Source: Gemmatimonas sp.
Lineage (GTDB): Bacteria > Gemmatimonadota > Gemmatimonadetes > Gemmatimonadales > Gemmatimonadaceae
DNA: 64,000 nt
NCBI GenBank assembly: GCA_965279375.1
Contig: OZ257156.1
Coordinates: 384,001-448,000, forward strand
Direction of reading: 5' to 3'
This document shows positions 36,997 to 47,314 of the stretch, in pieces. Each line of letters begins with the position of its first letter. Positions within the stretch are counted from its first letter, which is position 1. The position numbers and the translations under genes are program-made. The notes below the pieces were generated by a model. The model searched no databases, was not told where the DNA came from, and worked only from the letters and a program-made list of their open reading frames with translations.

Positions 36997-37314
36997 CTGC
37001 TAGAAGCATTCGAATTCGAAAACGACGGACTCCGCTTTTCCTGCCGCATCGAGGCAGCAACCGGTGCCCGCAAGGATGCCTGGTGGTGGTTCGGCGTCTC
37101 CACCGACGATCGGCACCGCTACGCCCCGTTCCGCGCCGACGAATCGGACACGCAGGCTGACATTCGCGCCCGCGTCCTCCAGTACTACGCCGACCTTCTA
37201 GCACGTCGTGCTGAGCCAGTGGCTTCGCACTGGCGTCGTGGTGTCAGGCCAGCGCCGGCCGCAGTGGCCGCGCCGGTCGCCGAAATCGAGCCGACGACCC
37301 CCGCCGAGGCCTGA
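36997..37314 (+). CDS. Hypothetical protein missing from the ORF track; probable CTG start
   Basis: Open frame (L)LEAFEFENDGLRFSCRIEAATGARKDAWWWFGVSTDDRHRYAPFRADESDTQADIRARVLQYYADLLARRAEP..AEA*. GAGGA precedes CTG 36997. The stop lies 5 nt before the DUF423 start. Confidence 0.65.
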   Translation: MLEAFEFENDGLRFSCRIEAATGARKDAWWWFGVSTDDRHRYAPFRADESDTQADIRARVLQYYADLLARRAEPVASHWRRGVRPAPAAVAAPVAEIEPTTPAEA

Positions 37315-37319
37315 GGCTG

Positions 37320-37691
37320 GTGGAGCGTCTGTTCGTGATGATCGGGGCGCTCTCGGGCGCCATCGGAGTGGGCGCGGGCGCGTTTGGTGCGCACGCGCTT
37401 CGGGCCAAGCTCGAACCGCGGATGCTCGAAGTCTTCGAGACGGGCGCCCGCTATCAGATGTACCATGCCGTCGCGATGCTGGCGGCGGCGTGGGTGGTGT
37501 CGCGATTCCCGGGGTCACTGGCCAATGCCAGCGGCTGGCTGTTTCTGGCCGGCACCGTCTTCTTCTCCGGATCGCTCTACGCCATGGCGCTGACCAATGT
37601 GCGCGCGTTGGGCGCCATCACGCCGATCGGCGGCGTCTGCTTCATCGCCGGGTGGGTGTGCCTGGCGCTGGCCGCGGCCAAGTCGGCCTAG
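37320..37691 (+). CDS. DUF423 (YgdD/TMEM256) membrane protein
   Basis: GAFGAHAL, FETGARYQMYHA, FSGSLY, LGAITPIGG. Confidence 0.93.
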   Translation: MERLFVMIGALSGAIGVGAGAFGAHALRAKLEPRMLEVFETGARYQMYHAVAMLAAAWVVSRFPGSLANASGWLFLAGTVFFSGSLYAMALTNVRALGAITPIGGVCFIAGWVCLALAAAKSA

Positions 37692-37702
37692 CCTGACCTG
37701 CA

Positions 37703-37735
37703 GCTACCGGCGGAGGGGTCACCCCTCCGCGTAGC
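37703..37735. terminator. Hairpin whose loop is the stop codon of the 37719 gene
   Basis: gcggagggg-TCA-cccctccgc (37710-37730), extended by gctac/gtagc with a 2-nt bulge. Confidence 0.6.
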
Positions 37736-38273
37736 CGCGCTCCTGCAGGAATTTCGCGATCGCCTCGCGCTCGTAGACCACGTCGATCGAGTACGGGGCT
37801 AGGCCGGTGCGCACCAGTACGCCGCTCCCCGCCTTCGACGCGACCACGATTCCGTCGGTGGTGAGGATCACGACCTCCGCTTGCTCGGGCACCTGCCCCG
37901 GATGCCCGCTGAAGTGCATAGACTGGCCCGGTGCCAGCGACGAGGCTTCATCCGCCACCGGCGGCGCCATGGGCACGCTCCACGCGGCACCCGTGAACAG
38001 CACCAGATCATTGCCGCCCGCAGCGAAATCGCCTGCGGCTTCCATTGGCACGCCGATCAGCGTATCACCGATCGGCTCCGCGGTCGCCTCCAGTCGGAAC
38101 GCTTCGAACAGATCTTCGACGTCCGCGGCGCCAACGCGCACCGAGACAGTACTGCCGTCCGGGAGCGTGACCGCAAAGGCCTTGGCTGAAACGCGAAAGC
38201 CCTTCCACGGGCCGCGCAACCGGCGCAGGAGTTCAACGGTGTCTTCGGAGGCTTGGAAGTTGTACTGACGCAT
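37719..38273 (-). CDS. Hypothetical protein
   Basis: 184-aa ORF from MRQYNFQ with plausible composition and codon bias; no recognised motif. Confidence 0.6.
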   Translation of the reverse strand: MRQYNFQASEDTVELLRRLRGPWKGFRVSAKAFAVTLPDGSTVSVRVGAADVEDLFEAFRLEATAEPIGDTLIGVPMEAAGDFAAGGNDLVLFTGAAWSVPMAPPVADEASSLAPGQSMHFSGHPGQVPEQAEVVILTTDGIVVASKAGSGVLVRTGLAPYSIDVVYEREAIAKFLQERGYAEG

Positions 38274-38388
38274 GACGCAACCGAGGAAATCCGCAATGAA
38301 TGCGAGTGAGTGTCGCTGAGTCGGAAGAGACCGACCGGTCAAGGCTAATCGGGAGCGTTTCGAACGGAATTGCGGCGGGCCGACTACC

Positions 38389-38414
38389 TCAAGTATTTCA
38401 GCAATGAACCGACG
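38389..38414 (+). promoter_or_regulatory. Candidate sigma28 (FliA) promoter TCAAG-N14-ACCGACG upstream of the MCP
   Basis: Approximates TCAAG-N14-GCCGATA and sits upstream of a chemoreceptor gene. Confidence 0.45.
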
Positions 38415-38491
38415 CTCAGGAGTAGCAGAGGCCTCACGGCAGCCTTCGGGCGGCGGGGCCCCCACGTTTCTTCAAAAAGACAACGACTCCA

Positions 38492-41056
38492 GTGAACCTC
38501 AAGAAGTGGCCAATCGCGCGTAAGCTCGCGCTGCTCTGCTTGGCGTTCGGCCTCGTGCCGGTCGCCCTCGTTTCCAGCATCATGCTGCAGCGATCCGCCG
38601 CCGCCGTGCGTGAGCGCGCCTCGGATCGATTGCGCGAGACCGCTGGACACGTGGCCGACAAGATCGATCGCAACCTGTTCGAGCGATACGGCGACGTGCA
38701 GGCCTTTGGCTTCAACGACGTGGTCCGCGACAAGTCGCAGTGGTATCAGGTCGGCTCAGCGAAGAACCGCATCGCCGATCGCACGAATGCGTACGTGGCC
38801 GCCTACGGCTTGTACCAGCTCTCGATTCTTGTCGACGACAAGGGTCGCGTCATCTCGGTGAACGACCGCGATGCGATGGGCAAGGAAATCCAGACCGCGG
38901 AGCTCTACAACAAGTCGTATGCGTCCTTCGAATGGTTCCGCTCCTGCATGAGCGGCAACTATACGCGACGCATGAATTTCAGCGATTCGAGCAACACGAT
39001 CGCGAGTGGCACGGTCATCACGCCGTCCGCGCCCGACGTCGACGTGCGCCAGGTGTACGGCGCGAACTCACCGGATGTCGTCGGCTTCTCGGCACCGGTA
39101 AAGAGCAGCGATGGCACGACGATCGGCTGCTGGCACAATCTCGCGACGGTCTCGCTCGTGAGCGCGATGCTCGCCGATGCGGCGCGTGAACTGAAGCTGG
39201 CCGGCTACCCGGGCGCAGTCCTCACCGTGGTGGACAGCCTGGGTCGCAAGGTCGCCGACGGCGGACAGCCGCTGTCCGACTCGCTCTTGGCATCGCAGAA
39301 GCACGCTGAGGACGCGCTCGCGGCAGTGACTCGCGGCGAAGCCGGTCATCGCGAGGCGATGATCGCCGGACAGGCGATGCAGCTTGGCTTCTCGCACCTG
39401 CATGGCGCGCTTGGCTATCCCGGCATGAACTGGGGCGTGATCATCGGCGTGCCACAAGCCGAGATCGATGTCGCTGCCAATCTCGACGGACTGCGCTGGA
39501 TGGCGATCGGGTTGGCGGTGGGCATGGGACTGGTGATCGTGATTGTCGCGCTCTGGCTCGGTGGTCGGATCGCGAAGCCGCTCATCTCGATGGCTCACGT
39601 CGCACGCGATGTGGCGGTTGGCCGACTCGATGTGCAGGCCGCGTGGTCCGGCGAGGATGAGATCGGGATGGTGGCCACGTCGCTCAACGACATCGTGCAC
39701 GCGCAGCAGAAACTCGCCTCGACCGCGCGTCAGCTCGCCAAGGGCGACACCTCCGTGGTGGCCGACGTGCGCTCCGATTACGATGTGCTCGGGCAGGCGT
39801 TCACGACGCTGCGCGACACCCTCGCCACGCTGCTCGCTGACGTCAATCGCATGGTCGCTTCAGCGCAGGAAGGCGATCTCGCCTCCCGCGGACACGCCAC
39901 CAAGTTCGAAGGTGCGTTCCAGCAGTTGGTTGCCGGCTTCAACAGCACGCTCGATGCCGTCACCGAGCCGCTCGCCGAAGCGCAGACGATTCTCGGCCGT
40001 GTCGCCGAAGGCGATCTGACGGCGCGCATGAGTGATGGGTACCGCGGTGACTACGCCGTGTTGTCCAGGAGCCTCAACACCGCCGTCTCCGACCTCGCCA
40101 AGGCGATGGTGGAGGTGCGTCAGGAAGCACAGGGCATTCGCGCAGCCACACAGGAGATCGCGGCCGCCGCGCAGGAGCAGGCCAACGGTGCCACCAAGCA
40201 GGCAGGCTTGCTGCAGTCGGTGAGCGCGGAGGTCAATGGCCAGCGCAATCGCAGCAACGAGGTCTCGTCGCGCACGCAGGAGCTGTCGACGCTGATGGAG
40301 AACACGCGCTTGGCGGCACAGGATGGCCATGCGCGGGTGGAAGAAGTCGCAGTCGCGCTTACGCGCATTCGCGAACGAGCGACCGCCACACAACGCATTG
40401 CCCGCAAGATCGAAGCAATTGCGTCACAGACCAATCTCTTGGCGCTGAACGCCGCGGTGGAAGCCGCGCGCGCAGGCAGCGCGGGTGCCGGCTTCGCGGT
40501 CGTGGCCGACGAAGTGCGCGCGCTGGCACTACGCGCGACCGATGCCGCCAAGGAATCGCAGTCGGTCATCGACGAGGCGGTAGAGAGCGTGGCCACTGGC
40601 GTCTCGCTCGGTCAGGGTGCCGTGCTGACGCTCAAGGGCATTCAGGCGCACGCCACGAACGCGGCGACGGTCGTCTCGGAGATTTCGATGTCCATCTCGT
40701 CGCAGACGTCTGGATTGGAAGCGATCAACAACACGACCGCGTCCGTCTCCGATCTCACGAGTGCATCGGCCGCGAACGCAGAGGAAACGGCCGCTGCCTC
40801 CGAAGAGATGGCGGCGCAAGCCAGTACGCTGAGTGCGCTCGTCAGCCGCTTCAAGCTGGGGGCAGAAGTGCCAGACGCGGTATCGCGCGCCACACAGAAG
40901 GCGAGCAAGTTCGGAGCCGGCAAGGCTACCACAAGCAAGCCGTCGCGCGCACGTGCGTCGGCAGCGCCCGCTGCACCGGCCCCGAACAGCAACGCAAACA
41001 GCGACGACGCATCGTACTCCGATGACGATGTCGAGAGTCTGCTGAGCTCGTTCTAG
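38492..41056 (+). CDS. Methyl-accepting chemotaxis protein (Cache-like periplasmic domain, poly-HAMP)
   Basis: TM - [15 protein letters not shown] sensor - TM - HAMP repeats - [35 protein letters not shown]. Confidence 0.95.
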   Translation: MNLKKWPIARKLALLCLAFGLVPVALVSSIMLQRSAAAVRERASDRLRETAGHVADKIDRNLFERYGDVQAFGFNDVVRDKSQWYQVGSAKNRIADRTNAYVAAYGLYQLSILVDDKGRVISVNDRDAMGKEIQTAELYNKSYASFEWFRSCMSGNYTRRMNFSDSSNTIASGTVITPSAPDVDVRQVYGANSPDVVGFSAPVKSSDGTTIGCWHNLATVSLVSAMLADAARELKLAGYPGAVLTVVDSLGRKVADGGQPLSDSLLASQKHAEDALAAVTRGEAGHREAMIAGQAMQLGFSHLHGALGYPGMNWGVIIGVPQAEIDVAANLDGLRWMAIGLAVGMGLVIVIVALWLGGRIAKPLISMAHVARDVAVGRLDVQAAWSGEDEIGMVATSLNDIVHAQQKLASTARQLAKGDTSVVADVRSDYDVLGQAFTTLRDTLATLLADVNRMVASAQEGDLASRGHATKFEGAFQQLVAGFNSTLDAVTEPLAEAQTILGRVAEGDLTARMSDGYRGDYAVLSRSLNTAVSDLAKAMVEVRQEAQGIRAATQEIAAAAQEQANGATKQAGLLQSVSAEVNGQRNRSNEVSSRTQELSTLMENTRLAAQDGHARVEEVAVALTRIRERATATQRIARKIEAIASQTNLLALNAAVEAARAGSAGAGFAVVADEVRALALRATDAAKESQSVIDEAVESVATGVSLGQGAVLTLKGIQAHATNAATVVSEISMSISSQTSGLEAINNTTASVSDLTSASAANAEETAAASEEMAAQASTLSALVSRFKLGAEVPDAVSRATQKASKFGAGKATTSKPSRARASAAPAAPAPNSNANSDDASYSDDDVESLLSSF

Positions 41057-41134
41057 CGCACGCACCACTGCAGGCCCGCTGGCGATCGATATGACCTGAG
41101 CACGCAATGTGAATGATTGGCAGTGAGATGCACC

Positions 41135-41166
41135 CGAAGGGCGCCGGAGCAATCCGGCGCCCTTCG
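41135..41166. terminator. 14-bp hairpin with GCAA tetraloop after the MCP gene
   Basis: cgaagggcgccgga-gcaa-tccggcgcccttcg. Confidence 0.65.
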
Positions 41167-41301
41167 TGCGTCACACCCTCGATGCCGTCGGCAACCGTCG
41201 CCAGGCCAAGCGTTTCACCCAGAGAGAGAATTGCGCGCGTAAGTGCATCATCGCTGAACGAGACGCGTCAGGGGAGCACGCCCGAGGGTCGCCCGAGGGG
41301 G

Positions 41302-41736
41302 CTACGCGTCTTGCTGTCCGACGTCGGGGTCGGGAAAAAGCTGTCGGAGATCATTCATCAGGATTCTGTCGCGATTCGAACGCCCCAGCTTCTTCACGCC
41401 GCTCACAAGTCCGAGTGTTCCCAATACAAGCGCCACGATTCCGGCCACGGGCGTCTGGGAAAAGAACAGAACCAGGATTCCGGCAATCCACGCAGGTATT
41501 GACCAGGCCAACCGCAGTTTGCCGGACCTCGAACAATCGGCCGCATCCATGGTGGCACTGGCGGCGATCGAGCTCAGATCCTCACCCGGAAGTCGCGACA
41601 GGACTTCGTGACGATCATAGCTGCTATCCAAGGCATAGATGCCCATGTCATTCGCTGGCGCTGGAGCCAGTTGTGCAAGTCGTGCTTGAATCTGAGCCCG
41701 GCTCGGATTGGCGCGATTGATAACTGTGCTCACCAT
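41302..41736 (-). CDS. Hypothetical 2-TM membrane protein
   Basis: Two hydrophobic helices (LAWSIPAWIAGILVLFF; VAGIVALVLGTLGLV); visibly more A/T-ending codons than neighbours. Start uncertain. Confidence 0.45.
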   Translation of the reverse strand: MVSTVINRANPSRAQIQARLAQLAPAPANDMGIYALDSSYDRHEVLSRLPGEDLSSIAASATMDAADCSRSGKLRLAWSIPAWIAGILVLFFSQTPVAGIVALVLGTLGLVSGVKKLGRSNRDRILMNDLRQLFPDPDVGQQDA

Positions 41737-42147
41737 GCTGTCATCACTCCGGCTGGGATCGAACATGTCTGGCCGTGAGCGGCCAGTCGTGTGAAGCACC
41801 GTTCAGACCGCCCGCACTGCCATGCGAATCGCCAACGTCCACGCCGGCCTGCACGTCCGAAGCGTTCGCCGCGTCCGTGCGACGTTCCTCATCGTGCTCG
41901 AGCTCGACGTTTCATGTTCACGAATCCGAGCATCGGCCTGATGCAGCAGCTTGTGCCGCAGTTGTGGATAGGAAGCGCAATCGAGAACGGTTGAGTATAC
42001 GCCGTGGTCACTGGCCTCGTGAGCGGCGGCGCGTCAGGGTGCGCCGAGCGCGGAAGTACGCGAGGAACTGGTCGATCACCGCCGCGTGCGGGACCTGGCC
42101 TGTGTGACAATGCCTACGCCTCCGCAGTCAACGGCATCGCACTCCAC

Positions 42148-44898
42148 CTACGGTACCAGCGGCGTCCCGCGACTCGGCGTCGGCATGTTGTGCGGACGGT
42201 GCAGCGGCTCGCCCGTGGCCACGAGACGCGCGAACGCCGGGCCATTGAGCGGCTTGGACATGAGATAGCCCTGCCCCATCGTACAGCCAAGTGACTGCAG
42301 TTCGGCGAGTTGCGCCTCACCCTCAATGCCTTCGGCAACCGTGGCCAGTCCGAGCGTTTCGCCGAGCGAGAGAATCGCGCGCGTGAGGGCGTCATCGCTG
42401 GCGGAGCCGCCGAGCTGCTTGATGAAGCTGCGGTCGATCTTGAGCACGTCAATCGGGAAGCGCTGCAGATACGACAGCGACGAGTAGCCCGTGCCGAAAT
42501 CGTCCAGCGCCAGCGTGACGCCGAGCTCCTTGAGCGCCTTCATTGCCGCGATGACGGTGTCGGCGTTGTGCATCATCACCGACTCGGTCATCTCGATCGT
42601 GAGCTGCGACGGATCGAAGCCGGTCTGTTCGAGCGCTTCGCGCACGTCGTCCACCACGTTCGGTTCCTGCAGGTGGCGTCCGGAGATGTTGACGGCCACG
42701 TGCAGCGTCGGCTCATCGTAGCCTGGCGTGCGCCACGACTTGGCGTCTCGGCAGGCGGTGCGCAGCACGCGACGAGTGATCTCGCTGATGAGCCCCGCTT
42801 CTTCCGCGATCGGTACGAAGACGACGGGCGAGATGAGTCCTCGTACCGGGTGATGCCAGCGGAGCAGCGCTTCGGCGCCAAGGATCTCGCCCGACTGCAA
42901 GTCCACCAGCGGCTGATAGTGCACCTGCAGTTCGTCGGTGCCGATGGCACGCCGCAGATCCGTCTCCAGCTCTGCGCGATCGGCAACTTTCTCGCGCATC
43001 GCTGTTTCGAAGCGCACGACGCGACCCCGCCCTTCGGCCTTGGCCACGTACATCGCGGCGTCGGCGTCGCGCACCAGTTCTTCTAGCGTGACACCGGGAA
43101 GCGCCTCGGACAGGCCAATGCTCGCGCCCACGAACACATCGCGCCCTTCGATGCTGAAAGGACGGGTAAGCTGCGACAACAAGCGATCGGCCGTCGCCAT
43201 GCACGAGGACACGTCGGAATCCTCGAGCAAGACGGCAAACTCGTCGCCACCCAGTCGTGCCACGGTGTCCGCCGCGCGCACCTCGACCTCGATGCGTCGC
43301 GCTGCCTGACGCAGCAACTCGTCGCCCGCCGCGTGGCCCAACGTGTCGTTGATGGCCTTGAAGTGATCGAGGTCGATGAAGATGACGCCGATCTCCACCT
43401 GCACGCGCTCGCGTCGCGCGAGGGCGTGCGTGACACGGTCGGAGAAGAGCACGCGATTGGCGAGGCCCGTGAGAGGATCGTGGAACGCCTGCCAGGCGAT
43501 CTTCCCTTCCAGCTCGCGCCGCTCGGTCACATCGCGTGCATTGAGCACGAGCCCTTCGATGGTCTCGCGTTCGAGCCGGTTGGTGCCGACCACCTCGAGC
43601 CAGCGCCACTCGCCTCCGTGCGTCGCCTGCGGCGTGGCGGCCCGCAGCACGATGGTCTCTTGCGCCTTCGGATTGCCAGCCAGCTTGTCGAGCATGAGCC
43701 GCGCTGCATCCACGTCGTTCGGGTGCACCAGTGTGACGATGTCACGTCCCAGCAGATCCGAGGCCGCGAACCCGGTGAGATGCTCCACCGAAGGACTCAC
43801 GTAACGCGTGGTGCCATCGACGTCCACGATGAAGATCAGATCGGACGCATGCTTCACGAGCGCCGCGAGGCGATTCTCCGCGATACGACTCTCAGCCAGA
43901 CGATCGAGGCGTCCGTTCTCGCCGATCACCACGGCCTGACGCACCAGCACGATGCCAAGGAGCAGCAGGAGCCCAACGACGACGCCACGCACAGGCACGA
44001 GGTCGCCCATCTGCACCAGCACGAGCATGAGGGCGCCGACAATGCCAACGCTGACGTACGGCAGCCATCCCGTACGACGCGCCGCGCGGAGCTGCACGTC
44101 TTCGTCGGGCGTGAGCGCACCGGCCCGCATGGCAGCGAAGGTGACGAGTCCGTACCAGCCGAACCACGCGACGTCGGTGATGACCGAGACGACCATCGAA
44201 TCGCCGATGACGGTGCGCGCGTAGATCAGGTCGGCGAACGTCTTGAGCGCGAACGCGAAGAAGAGCAGGCTGATCGCGTTGATCTGCTCGCGCTTGGTCT
44301 GCCGCGAGAGCAGCACGAGGCTTGCGCTCAACAGCATGACATCGGCCAAGGGATAGCCGAGGTTGACCGCAGCGGTGAGCAGAGGCAGGAGGCCGGGTTG
44401 CGCCGGGTCTACTGGCCAGAGCCAGTACATGACCGTGCCGGCGGTCACCGCCGCGATGACGGCATCCAGTTGGACACGCACGCGTTCGGCGCGCGTGGGG
44501 CCAAGTCCGGGGAAGGAACCGAGGCTCCAGAGCGCCAGCGGGAAGAACGACGTGTACAGCAGATCGGCGACGCTGAGCGGCGGGCGACTGCCGTTGACGA
44601 TCGCCATCATCGACCAGAGCGCGTCGGCCGACCAGTAGGTGCCAATGGTGATCAGGAGACGTCGCCACGCCTTCCGACTGTGCGGGTCCACCGATTCGGA
44701 GCGCGACGCGCGATGGAGCGCGATCAACGTCGGCGCCCCGATCACGAGGTAGGTCAGATTGACAATCAGCTCGCGCGACGCGGGCCCCGGGATACCGAGG
44801 AGCCCACTGATTGCCAGCACAAGCGCCGCCGCGCATTGAAGCAGGGCGAACGTCGGGGCAATTCGGGGGGCGCGCGTGGGCAACAGGCCGTTCTCCAA
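42148..44898 (-). CDS. Membrane-bound PAS-GGDEF-EAL diguanylate cyclase / phosphodiesterase
   Basis: Multi-TM N-terminus, PAS, HDPLTGLANR, RLGGDEF, EALLRW, DDFGTGYSS, KIDRSF, QGY. Confidence 0.95.
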   Translation of the reverse strand: MENGLLPTRAPRIAPTFALLQCAAALVLAISGLLGIPGPASRELIVNLTYLVIGAPTLIALHRASRSESVDPHSRKAWRRLLITIGTYWSADALWSMMAIVNGSRPPLSVADLLYTSFFPLALWSLGSFPGLGPTRAERVRVQLDAVIAAVTAGTVMYWLWPVDPAQPGLLPLLTAAVNLGYPLADVMLLSASLVLLSRQTKREQINAISLLFFAFALKTFADLIYARTVIGDSMVVSVITDVAWFGWYGLVTFAAMRAGALTPDEDVQLRAARRTGWLPYVSVGIVGALMLVLVQMGDLVPVRGVVVGLLLLLGIVLVRQAVVIGENGRLDRLAESRIAENRLAALVKHASDLIFIVDVDGTTRYVSPSVEHLTGFAASDLLGRDIVTLVHPNDVDAARLMLDKLAGNPKAQETIVLRAATPQATHGGEWRWLEVVGTNRLERETIEGLVLNARDVTERRELEGKIAWQAFHDPLTGLANRVLFSDRVTHALARRERVQVEIGVIFIDLDHFKAINDTLGHAAGDELLRQAARRIEVEVRAADTVARLGGDEFAVLLEDSDVSSCMATADRLLSQLTRPFSIEGRDVFVGASIGLSEALPGVTLEELVRDADAAMYVAKAEGRGRVVRFETAMREKVADRAELETDLRRAIGTDELQVHYQPLVDLQSGEILGAEALLRWHHPVRGLISPVVFVPIAEEAGLISEITRRVLRTACRDAKSWRTPGYDEPTLHVAVNISGRHLQEPNVVDDVREALEQTGFDPSQLTIEMTESVMMHNADTVIAAMKALKELGVTLALDDFGTGYSSLSYLQRFPIDVLKIDRSFIKQLGGSASDDALTRAILSLGETLGLATVAEGIEGEAQLAELQSLGCTMGQGYLMSKPLNGPAFARLVATGEPLHRPHNMPTPSRGTPLVP

Positions 44899-44930
44899 CC
44901 GGTGAAGACTGCACGAAATCTCCGATTGAG

Positions 44931-44956
44931 TTTCGGCTCCGGCGGGGGCGACTTGA
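44931..44956 (-). promoter_or_regulatory. Candidate sigma28 (FliA) promoter TCAAG-N14-GCCGAAA
   Basis: Minus strand TCAAG tcgcccccgccgga GCCGAAA, about 30 nt upstream of the GGDEF-EAL start. Confidence 0.65.
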
Positions 44957-45082
44957 TTGTTACAGGCAGGGCAAAGTCGTTTCGCTGCTGGCAGTTAGCA
45001 GCGCCAACGTGAACCCGTGTACACTTGCGCGCAGGCGCGTCCGCTCGCCCGTGGTGCGCGGGTCACGCCTACGGCACGATCG

Positions 45083-47224
45083 TCACGCCCTGAGCACACT
45101 CGCGATCGTTTCGGCGATCTCCGCGACGTCAGGAAGCACGGCGCTCAGCAACTCCGGGTGATACGGCATCGGCACATCGCGCGGCGCCAACCGCTCCACG
45201 GGCGCGTCGAGATGCCAGAACGCGTCCTTCGCCACGGCCGCGGCGATCTCGGCGCCAAAGCCTGCCGTGAGATTGTCTTCGTGCACGATGAGGCAGCGTC
45301 CCGTCTTGCGCACCGATGCCAGCACCGCGTCGCGATCCCACGGCGAGATGGTCCGCAGATCGATCAACTCCACCTGCTCACCAAAATCGGCCAGTGCGGC
45401 GGTGCAGCGATGCACCATCGCGCCCCAGGTGACCAGCGTGACATCGCTTCCCTCTCGCACGATGCGCGCACGCCCGAAGGGCAGCACGTAGTCGTCACCC
45501 GGATAGCGCGCGCTGCCATCGCCCGTCATCAACAGCGAGCGATGCTCGAAGAACACCGTCGGGTTGGCACCACGCATCGCGGCGCGCAGCAGTCCCACCG
45601 CATCAGCGGCGTTGGACGGCATCGCCACCTGCCAGCCATATGCGTGCGCAAACCGCACTTCGTCCGAGAGACTGTGCCACGGATCGCCCACGTCCTTGCC
45701 GAAGCCACCGGGCATGCGCACCACGATGGGAGCGGCAAAGCGATTGGCAGTGCGCCAGCGCAGCGTGCCGCAGTTGTTGAGCTGCTCCGCGGCAGGGTCG
45801 GCGTACTTCCTGAACTGAATTTCGGCGACGGGCATCATTCCGCTGATGGCCATCGCCACCGCACGACCGATGATGCCTTCCTCGGAGAGGCTTGTGTCGA
45901 AGACGCGCTGCGCGCCGAACTGCTTCTGCAGCCCTTCGCTGACGAGATGCACGCCGCCCTTCTTGCCCACGTCTTCACCAAAGACGACGACCTTGGGATT
46001 GACGCTCAGCTCGTGACGCAGCGTGCGGCGAATCGCTTCGGCGAAGCGCAGCAGCTCACCGTCTTCGTTGGCCACATCCGTGCCACCGAGCGCGCTCCGT
46101 TCGGCGCGTGTCAGTCCGCCAAAGGCCTCGGACACGTCTGCTGCATCGTCGACCATGACGTGCTGCGCGATGCGCGATGGATCAGGCGTCGCGCGTGAAC
46201 GCGCGCCATCGAGCGCGACGGCGATATCGCGCGCGACATTCGCTTCGATCTCCGCCCACTCCGCGATCGAGAGGAGCGATGGCACGAGATACTCACGCAA
46301 TCGCGGCAGCGGATCACGCGCAGCGTCTGCATCGATCTCGGCCGGCGTGCGATAGCCCTTCTGATTGTCCGGACCGGAGTGGCTGGACAGTCGCGGCACG
46401 GTGAGATGCACGAGCGCCGGGCCCTTCCCCTCGCGCACGTGCGCAACCGCTTCGCTGAGCAACCCGGACGCCTGATGCGGATCTGTCCCGTCGCCATCAC
46501 GCACGAGCAGATTCGTGAATGACGCGAGATTGCGCGCGATGTTGCCCCCCGGCGTCTGCATCTCGCCACGAACGGAAATGCCGAGGTCATTGTCTTCGAT
46601 GTAGAAGAGCATCGGCAAGTTGAGCGTCGTGGCCATCGTCAGCGCCGACCAGAAGCCGTTGGTTGCCACTGAGCCATCGCCACCGAGCGCGACGGCGATG
46701 CTGTTGCCATACGTCGCGTCCGAGAGTGCGTCACGATGATAGGTGATCGCCTGTGCCCACCCGGCAGCTGGCGTGTACTGCGAGCCGACATCGCCGGCCA
46801 TCGGCAGCACGATGGGGCCGTTGCGATTAGGGAAGTTGCACACCACGCCGATGTCGCGACCGTCACTGAATCCACCGGCGCGACCGAGCGGACTCCCAAA
46901 GGCATCTTCGAGCGTCAGGCCGAGCGCGAGCAGCAGCGGACGCGAGCGATAGTACGCACCCACGCCATCGTGTCGCCCGTTGAGCAGCGAGCCCAGAATG
47001 ATCTGTGCCGTTTCGTGACCGCGCGCGGAGAACTGATAGAGCACCTGATGCTCGCGCGGCACCGAGCCGCGATTGCGATTGGTGCCTTCTTCCGTTTCGT
47101 CGAGCGCACGCGACGCGAGCACCTGGTACGCGATACGGCGCCAGTCGAAGCCAGTGCGGGGCGAAGCGGCGGGGAGAGCGGAAGCGTCAGCGGTCACTGC
47201 GGAGGGAACGACGGTGGATGCCAT
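45083..47224 (-). CDS. Fused alpha/beta 2-oxoacid dehydrogenase E1 (2-oxoisovalerate dehydrogenase-like)
   Basis: GHE, YYRSR, TPP motif GDGS..IEDN, HSGPD; beta part FGEDVG, FDTSLSEEGIIG, EIQF, DLRTISPWD, VHED. Confidence 0.9.
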   Translation of the reverse strand: MASTVVPSAVTADASALPAASPRTGFDWRRIAYQVLASRALDETEEGTNRNRGSVPREHQVLYQFSARGHETAQIILGSLLNGRHDGVGAYYRSRPLLLALGLTLEDAFGSPLGRAGGFSDGRDIGVVCNFPNRNGPIVLPMAGDVGSQYTPAAGWAQAITYHRDALSDATYGNSIAVALGGDGSVATNGFWSALTMATTLNLPMLFYIEDNDLGISVRGEMQTPGGNIARNLASFTNLLVRDGDGTDPHQASGLLSEAVAHVREGKGPALVHLTVPRLSSHSGPDNQKGYRTPAEIDADAARDPLPRLREYLVPSLLSIAEWAEIEANVARDIAVALDGARSRATPDPSRIAQHVMVDDAADVSEAFGGLTRAERSALGGTDVANEDGELLRFAEAIRRTLRHELSVNPKVVVFGEDVGKKGGVHLVSEGLQKQFGAQRVFDTSLSEEGIIGRAVAMAISGMMPVAEIQFRKYADPAAEQLNNCGTLRWRTANRFAAPIVVRMPGGFGKDVGDPWHSLSDEVRFAHAYGWQVAMPSNAADAVGLLRAAMRGANPTVFFEHRSLLMTGDGSARYPGDDYVLPFGRARIVREGSDVTLVTWGAMVHRCTAALADFGEQVELIDLRTISPWDRDAVLASVRKTGRCLIVHEDNLTAGFGAEIAAAVAKDAFWHLDAPVERLAPRDVPMPYHPELLSAVLPDVAEIAETIASVLRA

Positions 47225-47314
47225 GTCGGAAAGCTGTGCGAACGGCTGCGTCAGCGGGAGAGTGTGTGGCACTTACGGGGCGCGGCGCGACGCCGATGGG
47301 AGTATCTTGGGCAC

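Noticed and set aside
38420..38465. GC-rich stem (ggcagccttcgggcggc) upstream of the MCP as a c-di-GMP riboswitch
   Set aside because: I could not find the conserved GEMM-I or c-di-GMP-II elements; an Rfam cmscan would be decisive.
46736..47314. N-terminal extension of the paaG ORF
   Set aside because: It overlaps the E1 gene on the opposite strand; crotonase homology begins at ATG 47315.
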